A DNA stretch of 64,000 nucleotides from Mobula hypostoma (Eukaryota), in assembly GCF_963921235.1 (NCBI RefSeq), contig NC_086097.1, positions 145,950,001-146,014,000 on the forward strand. Reading direction: 5' to 3'. This document shows, one piece after another, positions 25,600 to 37,763 of this stretch (position 1 is the stretch's first letter; each line of letters starts with the position of its first letter). The notes beneath the pieces are model-generated. The model was not told where the DNA came from, ran no database searches, and worked only from the letters and a program-made list of their open reading frames with translations. The position numbers and the translations under genes are program-made.

Positions 25600-27228
25600 T
25601 AGATAATAGACAATAGACGATAGACAACAAGTGCAGGAGTAGGCCATTCAGCCCTTCAAGCCAGCACCGCCATTCACTGTGATCATGGCTGATCATCCAC
25701 AATCAGTACCCTGTTCCTGTCTTCTCCCCATATCCCTTGACTCCACTATCTTTAAGTGCTCTATCTAAATCTTTCTTGAAAGCATCCAGAGAATTGGCCT
25801 CCACTGCCTTCTGAGGCAGAGCATTCCACAGATCCACAACTTTCTGGGTGAAAAAGTTTTTTCTCAACTCCGTTCTAAATGGCCTACCCCTTATTCTTAA
25901 ACTGTGGCCTCTGGTTCTGGACTCCCCCAACATCGGGACCATGTTTCCTGCCTCTAGCGTGTCCAATCCCTTAATAATCTTATATGTTTCAATCAGATCC
26001 CCTCTCATCCTTCTAAATTCCAGTGTATACAAGCTCAGTCACTCCAATCTTTGAACATATGACAGTTCCGCCATCCCGGGAATTAACCTCGTGAACCTAC
26101 GCTGCACTCCCTCAATAGCAAGAATGTCCTTCGTCAAATTTGGAGACCAAAATTGCACACAATACTCAAGGTGTGGTCTCACTAGGGCCCTGTACAACTG
26201 CAGAAGGACCTCTTTGCTCCTATACTCAACTCCCCTTGTTATGAAGGCCAACATGCCATTAGCTTTTTTCACTGCCTGCTGTACCTGCATGCTTACTTTC
26301 AGTGACTGATGAACAAGGACACCTAGATCTCGTTGTACTTCCCCTTTTCCTAACTTGACACTATTCAGATAGTAATCTGCCTTCCTGTTTTTGCCACCAA
26401 AGTGGATAACATCACATTTATCCACATTAAACTGCATCTGCCCACTCACCCAACCTGTCCAAGTCACCCTGCATTCTCATAACATCCTCCTCACATTTTG
26501 CACTGCCACCCAGCTTTGTGTCATCTGCAAATTTGTTAATGTTACTTTTAATCCCTTCATCTAAATCATTAATGTATATTGTAAATAGCTGCGGTCCCAG
26601 CACCAAGCCTTGCGGTACCCCACTAGTCACTGCCTGACATTCTGAAAGGGACCCGTTAATCCCTACTCTTTGTTTTCTGTCTGCCAACCACTTTTCTGTC
26701 CATGTCAGTACCCTACCCCCAATACCATGTGCTCCAATTCTGCCCACTAATCTCCTACGTGGGACCTTATCAAAGGCTTTCTGAAAGTCCACGTACACTA
26801 CATCCACTGGCTTTCCTATGTTCATTTTCATAGTTACATCCTCAAAAAATTCCAGAAGATTAGTCAAGCATGATTTCCTCTTCGTAAATCCATGCTGACT
26901 CGGACTGATCCTGTTACTGCTATCCAAATGTGCTGCTATTTCATCTTTTATAATTGACTCCAGCATCTTCCCCACCACTGATGTCAGGCTAACTGGTCTA
27001 TAATTCCCTGTTTTCTCTCTCCCTCCTTTCTTAAAAAGGGGGGTAACATTAGCTACCCTCCAATCCACAGGAACTGATCCTGAATCTATAGAACATTGGA
27101 AAATGATTACCAATGCATCCACGATTTCTAGAGCCACCTCTTTAAGTACCCTGGGATGCAGACCATCAGGCCCTGGGGATTTATCAACCTTCAGTCCCAT
27201 CAGTCTATCCAACACCATTTTCTGCCTA
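25600..27228 (-). mobile_element. 5'-truncated CR1 LINE, second subfamily
   Basis: ORFs 26427-27218, 26039-26467 and 25703-26032 with RT motifs; tail (CTATTGT)n. Confidence 0.95.
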
Positions 27229-28994
27229 GATTAGATGGCACATAATGCAGATTAAAGCTGCAGTCTGTACAAGTCTGTATTTTGCATCTTTACATTTAGG
27301 AGTAGACATACTGATCCATCAGAGTTGTAACCTATGAGTTTAAATCCATTCTTTTATCTTGACACAGTTAGCTTTTTAGCCTTCCCGATTGATCTGTAGA
27401 AATTGTGAAGAGTGAAGTTCATTACAAATAGCTAGCTCAGGTCTTTGTCCTTTCATAGTGAAACAAGCCTGCAGAACTACCAGAAGCCAAGAACATTTCC
27501 TTCTGTCTGTCATGTATAAATTCCCCAGGTTAGTGGGCTCATTTCTATTTGCAGAAGGGGCTATATATTTTTTTTGGTTCACCAATTTTCTCTCTCTTCC
27601 AGATAAGTTGATTGCACCTTGAACTGCTTTCATGTACCCAATTTGATTTAAAAAAAAATTCATTCAGTATTTGTGATGCTGGTTTCACTGTTGGTGCCAA
27701 CATTCATTGCCCACCCCTAATTTCACTTAAGACCGTAATAGCGAGTCTCCTTCTTGAACCACTGCAATCCTTCTAATGAAGATATTTCTGCAATCTTTTG
27801 GATGGGAGCAGGGCTCCAGGTTTTAGACCCAGTGATGAGAACACATTTCCAAGTTAGTATGTGTCTTGGAAGGAAGCCTGCAGATGGTACTGTCTCCAAG
27901 AATCTGATATCTTTGGTGATTGAGGTTGTAGCCATGAGAGATTCTCAGTGGATTATCCTCTGTGAGCAGTTGCATCCCGTAGGTGGTACACACTACAGCC
28001 AGTGCTGCAGAAAATGAATGTTTAGGATGGTGGATGGGGCACTGCATGCTTTGTCCTGAATGGTGTTGAACTTCTAAAGTGTTTTTGGAGCAGTATTCAT
28101 CCAAACCTGTGGAGAGAGTTCCATTATGACACATGCTTTGCAGATGTTGGAAATGCATTGGGATATCAAGGGATGAAAAACCCACAATGGGATGCTCAGC
28201 CTCTGATAGTTCTTGGCTAACCTCTGCACCTGTGGCTGCCCTTCAAATGAATTCCAGCTGGTGAGCACGTGCACAGTTGTTCAATTTGTAAGGCAAGCTT
28301 CTGCCTTCAGACTTCAGCCAAACTTAGACTCAACAAACAACACTGGCTGAACTTGTCTCCCAGGAAACATGGGATCAGTCCACATTTGAGAACTCCATTA
28401 TTGTATTTTTTGATATTATTTAGTGTAAACTGGAAGCAAATTTAAGGCCTATACCTGCTACATGTACTATATTTATTAATGGAGCTTGCAAGGCATGTTT
28501 TAAATGCACTTTCCTGTTCCCTGTCACCTTTATTTACATACAGTGTTCTCTGTTCTATTATTTCTCCATTTCTGTAGTGAAATTTAAAAGCTCAATCTTG
28601 ATTGCTTTTTTGGAAATCTTGAATGATATTTATAATCTCTGTTATTTACATATTTAGTTGAATCTTGAACAATCTATTATGGTTGCACAACTGTCATTGG
28701 TACAATGTGTTAAAATATAAAAGGAAGACCTCCATTCAACCTTTGTACTATTTTTAGTCATATTTACATCAAAGATGATTATCAGCAGGTCGAGTATCAG
28801 AAGCTTTTTACAAAGAATGTACAGCACAGAAAACAGGTTACATAGTCCAATAGTCTATGCTAATTATGTATATTTCCACATGCCTTCTTCATTTAACTTC
28901 ATCAATTCATTCAGTTCATATCTTTTAGGAAGCTTATTTAGTTTTCCCTCAACTCCCCCAACATTAATGAATTCCACATTCATTAAACATCCTG

Positions 28995-30370
28995 CCTAGT
29001 TCCTGTATCCAAGAAGACATATCCCATCATACCCAGTGACTACAGAACTGTGGAACTGTTCTGACATGTTTTGAAATCATTAGAAAGACTGGTTCTGACA
29101 TACCTCCAGACAATCGTAAGTCCATCACTGGACCCTTGCAGTTTGCTTACTAACCGCCTACTGGAGTCGAGGACACCATTACCTTTCTGCTTCAATGGGC
29201 TTACACCCATCTGGATGAGCTGGGCAGCACTGTGAGAATTACGTTCTTTGACTTCTCCAGTGTTTTTAACACCATATGACCTGCTTTACTGGGGAGTACG
29301 CTCATGGAGATACAGGTGGATGCTCCACTAGTGCCCTGGATTACGGACTACCTGTCCAGACGGCACAGTATGTGAGACTGCAGAGCTGTGATTCAGACAC
29401 TGTGGTTGGAAGCATAGGGACACCTTAGGGGACTGTCCTGTCCCTGTTCCTGTTCACCGTCTACACCTTCGACCTCAGATACAATTCCGAGTCCTGCCAC
29501 CTGCAGAAGTTTTCAGACGATTCGGCAGTTGTGGGCTGTATCAGCTGGGGTCAAGAGGCTGAGTACAGAAGAATGGTGGACAACTTTGTCGAGTGGTGTG
29601 GGCTGAATCACCTGCAGCTCAACATCAACATCACTAAGACAAAGGAGTTGGTGGTGGACTTCAGAAAGGTGAAAACACCCTGCATTCCCATCTCCATCAA
29701 GGGAACCGATGCGGGAGTCATCTGGGACTACAAATACCTGGGAACTCACCTAGACAATAAACTGGACTGGAATAAAAACACAGGGGCTCTGTATAAGAAG
29801 GGACAGAGCTGACTGTACTTCCTGAGGAGGCTCCAGTTATTCAACATCTGCAGTACTTTGCTGCAGATGCTCTACAACCCAGTGGCGGCCAACGTTCTGT
29901 TCTTTGCCGTAGTCTGCTGGGGCAGCAGGGTGAGAACAGCTCACGCCGATAACATCAATAAGCTCGTCAGCAAGGCCGGTTCTGTTTTGGGTGTGTAACT
30001 GGATTCCCTGGTGGTTGTGTCTGAGAGGAAGATGCTGCAGAAGCTACAGAATATTACGGACAATCCCTCTCACCCCCTCCATGACATACTGGACAAACAG
30101 AGGAGCATCTTTAGTAATAGACTGATTCCACCGAGGTGCACCACTGAACGACACAGGAGATCCTTTCTCCCTGTGGCTATAAGACTCTGCAACTCCTCTT
30201 CTTAAGTATATAAGTATATGGTTTCATTGCACATCTGTATTTTGCACTATTACTTTTTAATGCACATTTTATATTCTTCTGTACCTCAATGCTTACATTC
30301 TGTATTTTAAGGTATATATTTCTGACTGAGCAAACTTGCAGCAGTAATTTCCTTTGAGGTAATTAAAGTT
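28995..30370 (+). mobile_element. Rex1/Babar-like LINE RT region, distinct subfamily
   Basis: FFDFSSVFNTI, LQKFSDDSAVVGCI, LQLNI..TKELVVDFRK, YKYLGTHLDNKLDW, RHRRSFLPVAIRL. Confidence 0.85.
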
Positions 30371-30407
30371 TTTTCTTACATCTTATCTTATAATTACTTT
30401 CTTTGTT

Positions 30408-30640
30408 GGGCACGTGGCCAAGTGGTTAAGGCGTTCGTCTAGTTATTCCAAGGTTGCTAGTTCAAGCCTCAGCTGTGGCAGCGTGTTTGTGCTCTTGAGC
30501 AAGGCACTTAATCACACATTGTTCTAGTCTGTGCGAAGAGTGGCGTCCCACACAGACTTCCAATCTGCACCTTGTAAGGCATGAAAATGCCCGACACAGG
30601 CCTCTCATCGTCTGAGTCGACGTTCCCCTCCCCTCCCCTT
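30408..30640 (+). mobile_element. tRNA-derived SINE sharing its head with 24036-24315
   Basis: TGGCCAAGTGGTTAAGGCG...AGTTCAAGCCTCAGC..GGCAGCGTGTTTGTGCTCTTGAGCAAGGCACTTAA; different body; (CCCCT)n tail. Confidence 0.8.
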
Positions 30641-30964
30641 TGTAACATAACTCCTGAATTTTCTATTAGACCGACAAGTAGTTATCATATATTTATATCC
30701 CTTGTTTCTGTATTGAATTGTTGGCTTTGAACCATATAGAATTTAGGTGTCCTCTGACTACAATGCCTACCACTTCACTACCCTTGTCATTGGTTACATT
30801 CACTTGGCAATAAATAATGGTGTAAATGTTGAGTGAATTTTAGCTCTGTGATAATATTTCTGTTTCTGAGTCCCAAGGTTGGGCCTCAAACTAGGGACTT
30901 CAGGAAATTGAAAGGCTCAGTGAGGCCCTTGGCTCCCAGACCACATCTCCAGTGCACCCTTTTA

Positions 30965-31935
30965 AAAGTAAATAATGTAAAAGTAAAAGTGAAAAATGTA
31001 TATAGTATCAGAGTACATCCATGTCACCACATATAACCCTGAGATCCTTGTTCCTATGGGCATACTCAGCCAATCTATAGAATAGTAACTGTAAACAGGA
31101 TCAGTGAACAACAAACTGTATAAATGTAAATATAAGTAAATAGCGATAAGTAACCAGAGCATGAAATAACGAGATAAAGAGTCCATAAAGTGAGATCATT
31201 GGTTGTGGGAACACCAGAAATTTGTTCAGAGTCTGATAGTTGAGGGGTTAGTAACTGTTCTTGAACCTGATGGTGTGAGTCCTGAGGCTCTTGTACCTTC
31301 TACCTGGTGGCAGCAGCGAGAAAAGAGCATGCACTGGTTGGTGAGGATCTCCGATGATGAATGCTGTTTTTCTATGACAACGTTTCATGTAAATGTTCTC
31401 CCCCTCAAAACTAATCAGTAAAATCCAAGACCTGGGCCTCAACCCGACACCATATTCAAGTTTGCTGATGACACCATTTTTGTGGGCTCTGTGAAAATTG
31501 GTGATGGATCAGATTAAAAATCTGGCTGAGGGGTGTTTTAAGAACAACCTCTCACTTAATATCAGCAAGACCAATGAACTGATTGTAGACTTCAGGAGAG
31601 GGAAACCAGAGGTCCATGAGCCAGTACTCATTGGAGCAGTAATGGTGGAGAAGGTCAGTAACTTTAAATTCCTGGGTGTCACTATCTCTGACATCCTGTC
31701 CTGGACCTATCATATAAATTTAATTGCAAAGAAATCACGACAGTGCCTCTATTTCCTTAGGAGTCTGTGGAGATTTGGCATGTCATCAAAGACCTTGTTA
31801 AACATCTATAGATCTGTGGTGGAAAGTGTATTGACTAGCTACATTACAACTTGGTATGGGAACACCAATGCCTTTGTGCAGAAAATCCTCCAAAAGATAG
31901 TGGACTTGTCCCAGTAAATCATGGGTAAAGCTCTC
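30965..31935. mobile_element. Rearranged Rex1/Babar-like copy: 3' end on minus (30965-31395) joined to upstream RT on plus (31396-31935)
   Basis: Minus ORF 31248-31442 SLLPPGRRYKSLRTHTIRFKNSY; plus ORF 31498-31917 LNISKTNELIVDFRR..FKFLGVTI. Confidence 0.8.
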
Positions 31936-32666
31936 TACATAAAAAACTATAAGGAATTTTGATTTACGATGCACAGTGAAAGAAAATAGGAATTGCAAAT
32001 TCAAAGCAGTGACAAGTAATTGCAAAAATTATTCAAGAATATTTAAAGCTACAAATAAAATTATTTCTTTATTCAATTGAAGTATAAACAATTTTCATCA
32101 ACAATTTTAGAGTGTACGTTACTAGTCCAACTATTCACAACTGCTTTTTCATCTTTCAATGAGATGGATGGGCTTGGTGCAGTGATATCAGCTTCTCAAC
32201 ATCAGGCTGAATGTCACTCAGAAGGAATCTCAGATCTGCACATTCAGTAATTTGCAGTCTCCATTTCATTGCTTTGAAAGAATTTGGGCACTGCACTGAA
32301 ATCACACTCTTCTAAATGTGATATTAGAATGGCAGTAAAGACCATCTTGACCTTATCCCACAGTGGAGGATGGTGTTCTAAGATTTTCTGCAACCAAAAA
32401 TCTTGATATGATTTTTTGAACTTCGGCATCAGTTCAAAGTCATTTTGTAGCGAGATCAGTCCTTCCTGTTAATTCCTCAATACAAGTCAGGAATGGATTT
32501 ATTACCCAATGTGGAATTTGGATATAGATGATCCTGAAATCCCTCTGACTTGTCTTTATGCAGCTCACCCAGGTGGGCACAGTACACTTGAAGATCATCA
32601 TCTGGTATTCTTTCTTTCTCTTCCAACTCAGAGAGACTTGGATATTGGAAAAGGTCATGATGAGCA

Positions 32667-33600
32667 ATGTTTGCAGACGATATGAAGATAGGTGGAGGGG
32701 CAGGTGGTTTTGAGGAAGTAAAAAGGCTACAGAGAACTTAGATTAGGAGAATGGGCAGAAAAACGGCAGATGGAATACAGGGTTGGGGAGTGTATGGTCA
32801 CATACTTTGGTAGGAGGAGTGAAAGGGTTGACTATTTTCTAAATGGAGAGAAAATACAAAACAATGGAAGTGCAAAGGGACTTTGGAGTCCTTGTGCAGG
32901 ATGCCCTAAAGGTTAATTTTCAGGTTGAGTCTGTGGTGAGGAAGGCAACTGCAATGTTAACATTCTTTTCAATTGGATTAGAATCTAAAAGGAAAGATAT
33001 AATGTTGAAACTTTATAAAGCACTGGTGAGGCCTCACTTGGAGAATTGTGAGCAGGTTTGGGCCTCTTATTTATAAAGGATGTGCTGAAACTGGATAGCG
33101 TTCAAAGGAGGTTCGCAAACATCATTCCATGATTGAATGGCTTGTCATATGAAGAGAGTCTGATGGCTTTGGGCCTGTATTCACTAGAGTTCGGAAGAAT
33201 GAGGGGTGACCTCATTGAAACTTATTGAATGATGAAAGGCCTTGACAGAGTGGATGTGGAGAGGATGTTTCCTATGTTGGGAGAGTCTAAGACCAGAGAT
33301 ACAGCCTCAGAATACAGGGGTGTCCCTTTAGAATGGAGATGAGGAGGAATTTCTTTAGCTAGAAGGTGGTGAATCTGTAGAATTCTTTGCCACAGGCAGC
33401 TATGGAGGCCAAATCTTTATGTATGTTTAATGCAGAGGCTGATAAATTCTTGATTGGTCAGAGCATGAAGAGATATGGCTTGAAGGCAGGAGACTGGGGC
33501 TGAGAGGAAAATTGGATCAGCCATGATGAAATAGCAGAGCAGACTCAATAGACCAAAAGGCCTAATTCTGCTCCTATATTTTATGGTCTTATGGTCTTAT
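32667..33600 (+). mobile_element. Older CR1 3' fragment
   Basis: VQRDFGVLVQDALKVNFQVESVVRKA..LYKALVRPHLE; tail (TATGGTCT)n. Confidence 0.9.
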
Positions 33601-34340
33601 AGCTCCAAAGATCCTGACACACTAGACCACTGTTATACTAAGATAAAGAACACCCCTCATTCTCTGTTATACTAAGGCAAGGTATTCCTATTGTTCCATG
33701 CCCAGACTGCATTTCGGTAAATCCGATCATTTGGCTTTCCTTCTCCTACCTGTGTGCAGACAGAGGCGAAAGAGCAAAATTCCAGAGTTAGGGCAACAAA
33801 GAGGTGATCGCAGCAGGCAGAGGTGTGGCTATGGGTTTGCTTTGAGTTGATGGACTGGGCCGTGTTCAAGGACTCTTCTGTGGATCTGAATGAATACACC
33901 ATGTTTGTCACGTCCTTTATAATAACAGTTGTGGATGAGTGTGTCCTCACAAAATCATTCAGTCTTTCCCTACCAGAAACCCTGGATGAACCTTGAGATC
34001 TGCAATCTGCTGAGGGCCTGATCAGAGACATTCAAGTCTAGTGACCAAGAAAGTTGCATGAGACCTAGGTACGATATCCGTAAAGTCATCTCACAGGTAA
34101 AGTGGTAATTCCGGACTAAGTTTGAATCAATGAAAGATGCTTGACAATTGTGGCAGGGCTATCACAACTTCTACCACCTCTTTATAAAGTTATAACAAGC
34201 AACAGAGGTGACAATAGTGCTTTTATTCCAGATGAGCTCAATGCCTTCTTTGCTTGCTTTGACTGTCAAAACATGGAGGAACCATCACGAGCTCCAAGAG
34301 CCTCCGAAGATCCTTTGATTTTAGTTACTGAGGCCAATGT

Positions 34341-34715
34341 GTGAGAACCCACGAGAAGCATCCATATATCGTGGTACATATAGGTACCAATGACATAGGT
34401 AGGAAAAGGGATGAGGTCCTGAAAGGAGAATATAGGGAGCTAGGAAGGGAGTTGAGAAAAAGGACCGCAAAGGTAGTAATCTCGGGATTACTGCCTGTGC
34501 CACGCGACAGTGAGAGTAGGAATGCGATGAGGTGGAGGGTAAATGCGCGGCTGAGGGATTGGAGCAGGGGGCAGGGATTCAAGTTTTTGGATCATTGGGA
34601 CCTCTTTTGGCGCAGGCGTGACCTGTACAAAAAGGACGGGTTACACTTGAATCCTAGGGGGACCAATATCCTGGCAGGGAGATTAGCAGGGGCTACTGAG
34701 GTGACTTTAAACTAG
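34341..34715 (+). pseudogene. CR1 ORF1 SGNH esterase-like domain (partial)
   Basis: VVHIGTND ... VVISGLLPVP ... KKDGLHLNPRG (GxND and DxxH blocks). Confidence 0.9.
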
Positions 34716-34953
34716 AATGGTTGGGGGGTGGGAATCAAATTAAAGAGGCTAGGCGTGAGGAGGTTAGTTCACAACAGGGGGATGGGAACCAGTGCAGAGA
34801 GACAGAGGGGTGTAAAGTGAGGGTAGAAGCAAAATGTACTAAGGAGAAAAGTAAAAGTGGCAGGCCGACAAATCCAGGGCAAGCATTAAAAAGGGCCACT
34901 TTCAACATAATTGTATAAGGGCTAAGAGAGTTGTAAAAGAGCGCCTGAAGGCT

Positions 34954-37763
34954 TTGTGTGTCAATGCAAGGAGCATTCGTAATAAGGTGGATGAATTGAA
35001 AGTGCAGATTGTTATTAATGATTATGATATAGTTGGGATCACAGAGACATGGCTCCAGGGTGACCAGGGATGGGAGCTCAACGTTCAGGGATATTCAATA
35101 TTCAGAAGGGATAGACATGAAGGAAGGGGAGGTGGGGTGGCGTTGCTGGTTAAAGAAGAGATTAACGCAATAGAAAGGAAAGACATAAGCCGGGAAGATG
35201 TGGAATCGATATGGGTAGAGCTGCGTAACACTAAGGGGCAGAAGACGCTGGTGGGAGTTGTGTACAGGCCACCTAACAGTAGTAGTGAGGTCGCAGATGG
35301 TAATAAACAGGAAATTAGAAATGTGTGCAATAAAGGAACAGCAGTTATAATGGGTGACTTCAATCTACATGTAGATTGGGTGAACCAAATTGGTAAAGGT
35401 GCTGAGGAAGAGGATTTCTTGGAATGTATGCGGGATGGTTTTTTGAACCAACATGTCGAGGAACCAGCTAGAGAGCAGGCTATTCTGGACTGGGTTTTGA
35501 GCAACGAGGAAGGGTTAATTAGCGATCTTGTCGTGAGAGGCCCTTTGGGTAAGAGTGACCATAATATGGTGGAATTCTTCATTAAGATGGAGAGTGACAT
35601 AGTTAATTCAGAAACAAAGGTTCTGAACTTAAAGAAGGGTAACTTTGAAGGTATGAGACGTGAATTAGCTAAGATAGACTGGCAAATGACACTTAAAGGA
35701 TTGACGGTGGATATGCAATGGCAAGCATTTAAAGGTTGCATGGATGAGCTACAACAATTGTTCATCCCAGTTTGGCAAAAGAATAAATCAAGGAAGGTAG
35801 TGCACCCGTGGCTGACAAGAGAAATTAGGGATAGTATCAATTCCAAAGAAGAAGCATACAAATTAGCCAGAGAAAGTGGCTCACCTGAGGACTGGGAGAA
35901 ATTCAGAGTTCAGCAGAGGAGGACAAAGGGCTTAATTAGGAAGGGGAAAAAAGATTATGAGAGAAAACTGGCAGGGAACATAAAAACGGACTGTAAAAGC
36001 TCTTATAGATATGTAAAAAGGAAAAGACTGGTAAAGACAAATGTAGGTCCCCTGCAAACAGAAACAGGTGAATTGATTATGGGGAGCAAGGACATGGCAG
36101 ACCAATTGAATAATTACTTTGGTTCTGTCTTCACTAAGGAGGACATAAATAATCTTCCAGAAATAGTAGGGGACAGAGGGTCCAGTGAGATGGAGGAACT
36201 GAGCGAAATACATGTTAGTAGGGAAGTGGTGTTAGGTAAATTGAAGGGATTGAAGGCAGATAAATCCCCAGGGCCAGATGGTCTGCATCCTAGAGTGCTT
36301 AAGGAAGTAGCCCAAGAAATAGTGGATGCATTAGTGATAATTTTTCAAAACTCGTTAGATTCTGGACTAGTTCCTGAGGATTGGAGTGTGGCTAATGTAA
36401 CTCCACTTTTTAAAAAAGGAGGGAGAGAGAAACCGGGGAATTATAGACCGGTTAGCCTAACGTCGGTGGTGGGGAAACTGCTGGAGTCAGTTTTCAAGGA
36501 TGTGATAACAGCACATTTGGAAAGCGGTGAAATGATCGGGCAAAGTCAGCATGGATTTGTGAAAGGAAAACCATGTCTGACGAATCTCATAGAATTTTTT
36601 GAGGATGTAACTAGTAGAGTGGATAGGGGAGAACCAGTGGATGTGGTATATTTGGATTTTCAAAAGGCTTTTGACAAGGTCCCACACAGAAGATTAGTGT
36701 GCAAACTTAAAGCACACGGTATTGGGGGTAAGGTATTGGTGTGGGTGGAGAATTGGTTAGCAGACAGGAAGCAAAGAGTGGGAATAAACGGGACCTTTTC
36801 AGAATGGCAGGCGGTGACTAGTGGGGTACCGCAAGGCTCAGTGCTGGGACCCCAGTTGTTTACAATATATATTAATGACTTGGATGAGGGAATTAAATGC
36901 AGCATCTCCAAGTTTGCGGATGACACGAAGCTGGGTGGCAGTGTTAGCTGTGAGGAGGATGCGAGGAGGATGCTAAGAGGATGCAGGGTGACTTGGATAG
37001 GTTGGGTGAGTGGGCAAATTCATGGCAGATGCAATTTAATGTGGATAAATGTGCAGTTATCCACTTTGGTGGCAAAAATAGGAAAACAGATTATTATCTG
37101 AATGGTGGCTGATTAGGAAAAGGGGAGGTGCAACGAGACCTGGGTATCATTATACACCAGTCATTGAAAGTGGGCATGCAGGTACAGCAGGCGGTGAAAA
37201 AGGCGAATGGTATGCTGGCATTTATAGCGAGAGGATTCGAGTACAGAAGCAGGGAGATACTACTGCAGTTGTACAAGGCCTTGGTGAGACCACACCTGGA
37301 GTATTGTGTGCAGTTTTGGTCCCCTAATCTGAGGAAAGACATCCTTGCCTTAGAGGGAGTACAAAGAAGGTTCACCAGATTGATTCCTGGGATGGCAGGA
37401 CTTTCATATGAAGAAAGACTGGATGAACTGGGCTTGTACTCGTTGGAATTTAGAAGATTGAGGGGGGATCTGATTGAAACGTATAAGATCCTAAAGGGAT
37501 TGGACAGGCTAGATGCGGGAAGATTGTTCCCAATGTTGGGGAAGTCCAGAACGAGGGGCCACAGTTTGAGGATAGAGGGGAATCTTTTTAGGACCGAGAT
37601 TAGGAAAAACTTCTTCACACAGAGAGTGGTGAATCTGTGGAATTCTCTGCCACAGGAAACAGTTGAGGCCAGTTCATTGGCTATATTTAAGAGGGAGTTA
37701 GATATGGCCCTTGTGGCTATGGGGGTCAGGGGGTATGGAGGGAAGGCTGGGGCGGGGTTCTGA
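34954..37763 (+). pseudogene. CR1 ORF2 (APE endonuclease plus reverse transcriptase), disrupted
   Basis: NARSI, GITETWL, GGGVALLV, YRPP, MGDFN, SDH, QGSVLGP, FADD. An 11-bp tandem duplication at 36952-36973 shifts the frame; in-frame TGA near 37110. Confidence 0.93.

Noticed and set aside
31498..31917. ALKBH8 N-terminal/DUF1891-like protein
   Set aside because: This motif is the C-terminal region of Rex1-type RT and recurs in several decayed copies here.
34954..37101. 715-aa ORF as a functional host or domesticated gene
   Set aside because: It is CR1 ORF2 with a frameshift and stop, in a 5'-truncated copy with a near-identical paralogue in this window.
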